From positions 1,088,001-1,152,000 of the forward strand of contig CAVUZH010000003.1 of NCBI GenBank assembly GCA_963745835.1: DNA of 64,000 nucleotides, in the 5' to 3' direction. The stretch comes from an uncultured delta proteobacterium. Its GTDB lineage: Bacteria > Desulfobacterota > Binatia > UBA9968. Below, in pieces: positions 61,131-64,000 of this stretch; positions within the stretch are counted from its first letter, which is position 1, and each line of letters opens with the position of its first letter. The translations under genes were made by a program, and so were the position numbers. The notes below the pieces were generated by a model. The model was not told the origin of the DNA, made no database searches, and saw only the letters and a list, made by a program, of their open reading frames with translations.

Positions 61131-61614
61131 TTCTCCTCCTCCTCGCTGTAAATAGATAGGTACTCCTCTGCTCGGCGGCATTAAACGCCATCCGAAAATT
61201 TAGCCATTGGAACAGAACCTGACAAGATATGTAGAACCCAATTCTTGAATCAGTTAGACAGGACAATATCAACTCTGAATTGACCTATTAAATCCATCGC
61301 CTCCAAGCCATCTCTTGGCTGGAGGACACGATAACCTTGCTTCTCAAGAAATAGAGAGATTAATCGTAGATTCGCAGCCTCATCTTCGACGACCAAAATC
61401 GTTTGTGACATTTTCCTCCACAGGGAAGAGCAGTTGGTATGTCACGAGGTGAGTCCGGCTCGCCGATATTACGTCTGGGCGGTCAATCGCGGAATGTGCG
61501 TTTAAGCAAGACAATGAAGCGGCAGTGTCACTCCCGGGTGGAGGCGAGCAACTACAGGCGGCTGTGATCGAGTAGCGGTATAGCGATATCAGCGAGGGAT
61601 AGTTGATCGTATGT

Positions 61615-62013
61615 CTAAGATGGCTGAGCGCGACCTACTGACTTAACATCGTTCTGCGGGACGGCCTCCCGTATTACTCTGACCAGCTCCTTTATAGGGA
61701 AAGGCTTTATCAAAACAGATGACACGCCCGGTTGTTTATCGTTTGCCATCCTTCGTGCTCTCGGGTCGGCGGTTATAAGTACAATCCGCATCTCGGCGAA
61801 CCTTTCAAGTATGCGCCCTACCAAGTCGAACCCGCTAAGTCCTGGCATTCTAATATCGGATACCACCACATCGAAAGTTTCGTCTTCGAGTTTCTGAAAA
61901 GCTTCCAAACCATTATGGGCTTGTTCGACTGTAAAACCCTCTATCTGCAGACAGATCGCAAGTACTAAAAGATTATCTGCGTTGTCTTCCACGAGTAGAA
62001 TCTTGGTCGCCAT
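61615..62013 (-). CDS. Single-domain response regulator
   Basis: KILLVEDN, FDVVVSDIRMPGLSG, IVLITA, KPF. Confidence 0.9.
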   Translation of the reverse strand: MATKILLVEDNADNLLVLAICLQIEGFTVEQAHNGLEAFQKLEDETFDVVVSDIRMPGLSGFDLVGRILERFAEMRIVLITADPRARRMANDKQPGVSSVLIKPFPIKELVRVIREAVPQNDVKSVGRAQPS

Positions 62014-62440
62014 CTGTGAGATTATGCAACCTTTGGACCAACGCATAAGTAGCTGAAAGTTGACGCTCAACCTCGGCCTGATTGCAGTGGTGGGATAAAA
62101 ATGGAGACCAGTGTCTCGCGGGTGCGAACAGCTAACCTGAAAGCATTACATGCAATCAATATCTTAGAACTGCGTCGTGCGAAGACCGACAGAAATTCTC
62201 GAGCGCGTAAGATAAAGCGACGGCCCTGACAGTCGTGTTATATCAGCCAAGCCTTTAACGAATTACATTTATTTGGATCTTTGCCGTCCAGCTCAGGGAT
62301 CTCGTTCTCAATCAATCAGTGAAGTTTCAGCCCTAACTTTTCTTCAATTCGGTACCTGAGCCTCAAGTTCCCGCAGATTCCCTTCGTGCTGGGCTATCTC
62401 GGCGTCTAGTTCGCGGATGCGCTTCAGCAGTGCTTCACGT

Positions 62441-62653
62441 TCAAGAGTCTTTTGTGGGTTCAGCATATCGGTTCCTTCGTGACTGGTGACAGGCAGCCTG
62501 GTTGCCCTTGATGACGATCCAAGCCAGTCGATAGCCGCATTTGAGGCAATGCCCGTTGACAGCGCGCACTGGCGTGTTGCGTCCCGACTCGCGCAAAACA
62601 ATGCCGAGATAACCGTTACAGCGTGGACACGGACGAGCGAGGTAGCGTGCCAT
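62441..62653 (-). CDS. Small CPxC...CxxC (zinc-ribbon-like) protein, copy C
   Basis: MARYLARPCPRCNGYLGIVL...VNGHCLKC..RLAW; paralog of copies A and B. Confidence 0.75.
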   Translation of the reverse strand: MARYLARPCPRCNGYLGIVLRESGRNTPVRAVNGHCLKCGYRLAWIVIKGNQAACHQSRRNRYAEPTKDS

Positions 62654-63661
62654 ATTGGGTTATCGCTGGCGACTAAGTTTTGGTCTACGCCATTTAGGGT
62701 GGACGTAATGCAAGTGGGGGTCGAACCGCGATGCATTCATTCCTCTCAGTGATTTACAACACCTCCACTACCACCACATCTTGCGACGATTCTTTGATCT
62801 TCACTCCCCGAATGTATCTAATCTCACCATCCATTTTGACATGAATTTTGGTATTCAACGGAAATACTACTAACTCAGCGATCAAATCTTCAATTTTCAA
62901 TTGCGCTCTCCTTAAACTTCGAGACAGCAGATACGGTTCGATATTGCGAGGTTTGAACTGATGCCTTTCGACTAAAGTGGCCAATAACATCGGACACGCG
63001 CCGTGAAAAACCTCGCGGTAAACGGCGGCGTTCGATGGGATTGGCACACCAAGTCCAATCATCTGAGGGCACTTCGAGAATCAGAGAGGTATCTCGAAGT
63101 TGGTCAACGCCCAAATGAGTCTTGCGCCAGAACTCCATCCGATTTCTCCTGCGGCCAAATGTTTCTCAGACGCTCGCTTATCAACTGTCCCTGGAACGGC
63201 CGCCACTGCGCAAGTAGTTCAAGCGACGTTTCAAATACGTGTCCTCGGGCCACGGCCACTTAACGTTCCACTCTTGTTCTTCGTAAGGTGCGCCGTTCAC
63301 TTTGCTTTGTAGAAATATACGTTGCCACTCGGTTTTTGATGGTCGCAATTCATTTGCTTTAATCATCGTTGATCCTTTCTTTCCTTTGAATGAAAACGGA
63401 TGGGGATGAGAGCAACCGCTGCGCCAGGAGTGCTAGGGAGGATCTGAGATACAAAGAGAATTAATTAGAAAGAAGCTAGTCTCGTCGCTGGGAACACGCC
63501 TGATGCATGTCGCACGCGTGAAACATTTTATTTTTTATTTTATTTGATTCTCTGCTCATCAACCCACTGCTTAGCGAGCCTACGCCGACCTTTATCGCGT
63601 TTTTTACGGGCAAAGAGCGGTCCTTCAATTCTCCTGATCTCAGTCACTGGGTTTCGTTTCC

Positions 63662-63863
63662 ATTCGCGTGCGCAAGATGCGCGAGGGAAAAGCCAAGGGG
63701 AAAGAGAATCGTCGCGGCGCCGGCAGAGCCGGCGCGAAAGCCTGGCCAGGTGATCGATCTCATGCAGGCGCTAAAGCAGAGCCTCGGCGCTGCACCGGCG
63801 GAGAAAAGGGTGCCAAAAAGGCATGTCGGCTACGGCGACAAAGAAACGAAAGAAGCATCCTAA
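63662..63863 (+). pseudogene. Ku (NHEJ) protein C-terminal remnant
   Basis: RVRKM..GKAKGKE / IVAAPAEP...GQVIDLMQALKQSL followed by a basic tail; one frameshift, no N-terminus. Confidence 0.72.
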
Positions 63864-64000
63864 CCGCAAAACTCCTCAAAAACGTTTTTTCATGGGGAAG
63901 AACTATTTAATGCTCGCCTGCACCGACTCTGTAGGACTAGATGGTATCGTCACAGTAGCAGGACTGTTCCACAGCGCCGTTAAGCCGTACGTAACCAACG

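Larger units (their letters stand above)
53483..64000. mobile_element. Putative genomic island integrated at tRNA-Ser(CGA), extending beyond the window
   Basis: Begins at the tRNA fragment; rich in pseudogenes and accessory genes, no housekeeping genes. The far boundary is not visible. Confidence 0.6.

Overview
Bacterial chromosomal window. The gene repertoire (NMT1/SsuA-type binding proteins, cupin, amidohydrolase, deltaproteobacterial-type pho genes) suggests a Binatia/Deltaproteobacteria-like organism; this is inference. Five blocks: (1) 1-11.7 kb: dpp-type permeases, pyk, a cupin dioxygenase + heme-oxygenase-like diiron enzyme + binding-protein unit, and other catabolic genes. (2) 11.9-21.8 kb: a selenoneine/ergothioneine neighbourhood with an EgtUV-like ABC importer, egtD, LysE, a secreted FGE-domain protein, and an apparent operon of a GH84 O-GlcNAcase-like enzyme + senA + senB, flanked by an AmpG-like MFS. 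The GH84 is not part of the described senABC pathway and is the top candidate for a new system. (3) 22-46.5 kb: a phosphate/polyphosphate supercluster (psiE, phoX, ppk2, internally deleted ppk1, ppx, degenerate ArsC-like, sixA, CHAD, tandem thymidylate-kinase-like pair, pstSCAB-phoU-phoBR, DUF47-pit) with 11-bp-periodic PHO-box-like repeats. (4) recR-ybaB-dnaX-SRP RNA-tRNA-Ser(GGA). (5) 49.9-64 kb: decayed island DNA with an IS481 remnant, a tyrosine-integrase remnant next to a 3' tRNA-Ser(CGA) fragment (att site), a truncated metacaspase, a frameshifted UvrD, an integron gene cassette with attC but no intI, and LigD and Ku remnants. Three copies of an unnamed ~55-aa CPxC...CxxC protein each sit near orphan response regulators. 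All calls come from motif recognition by eye; no searches were run.
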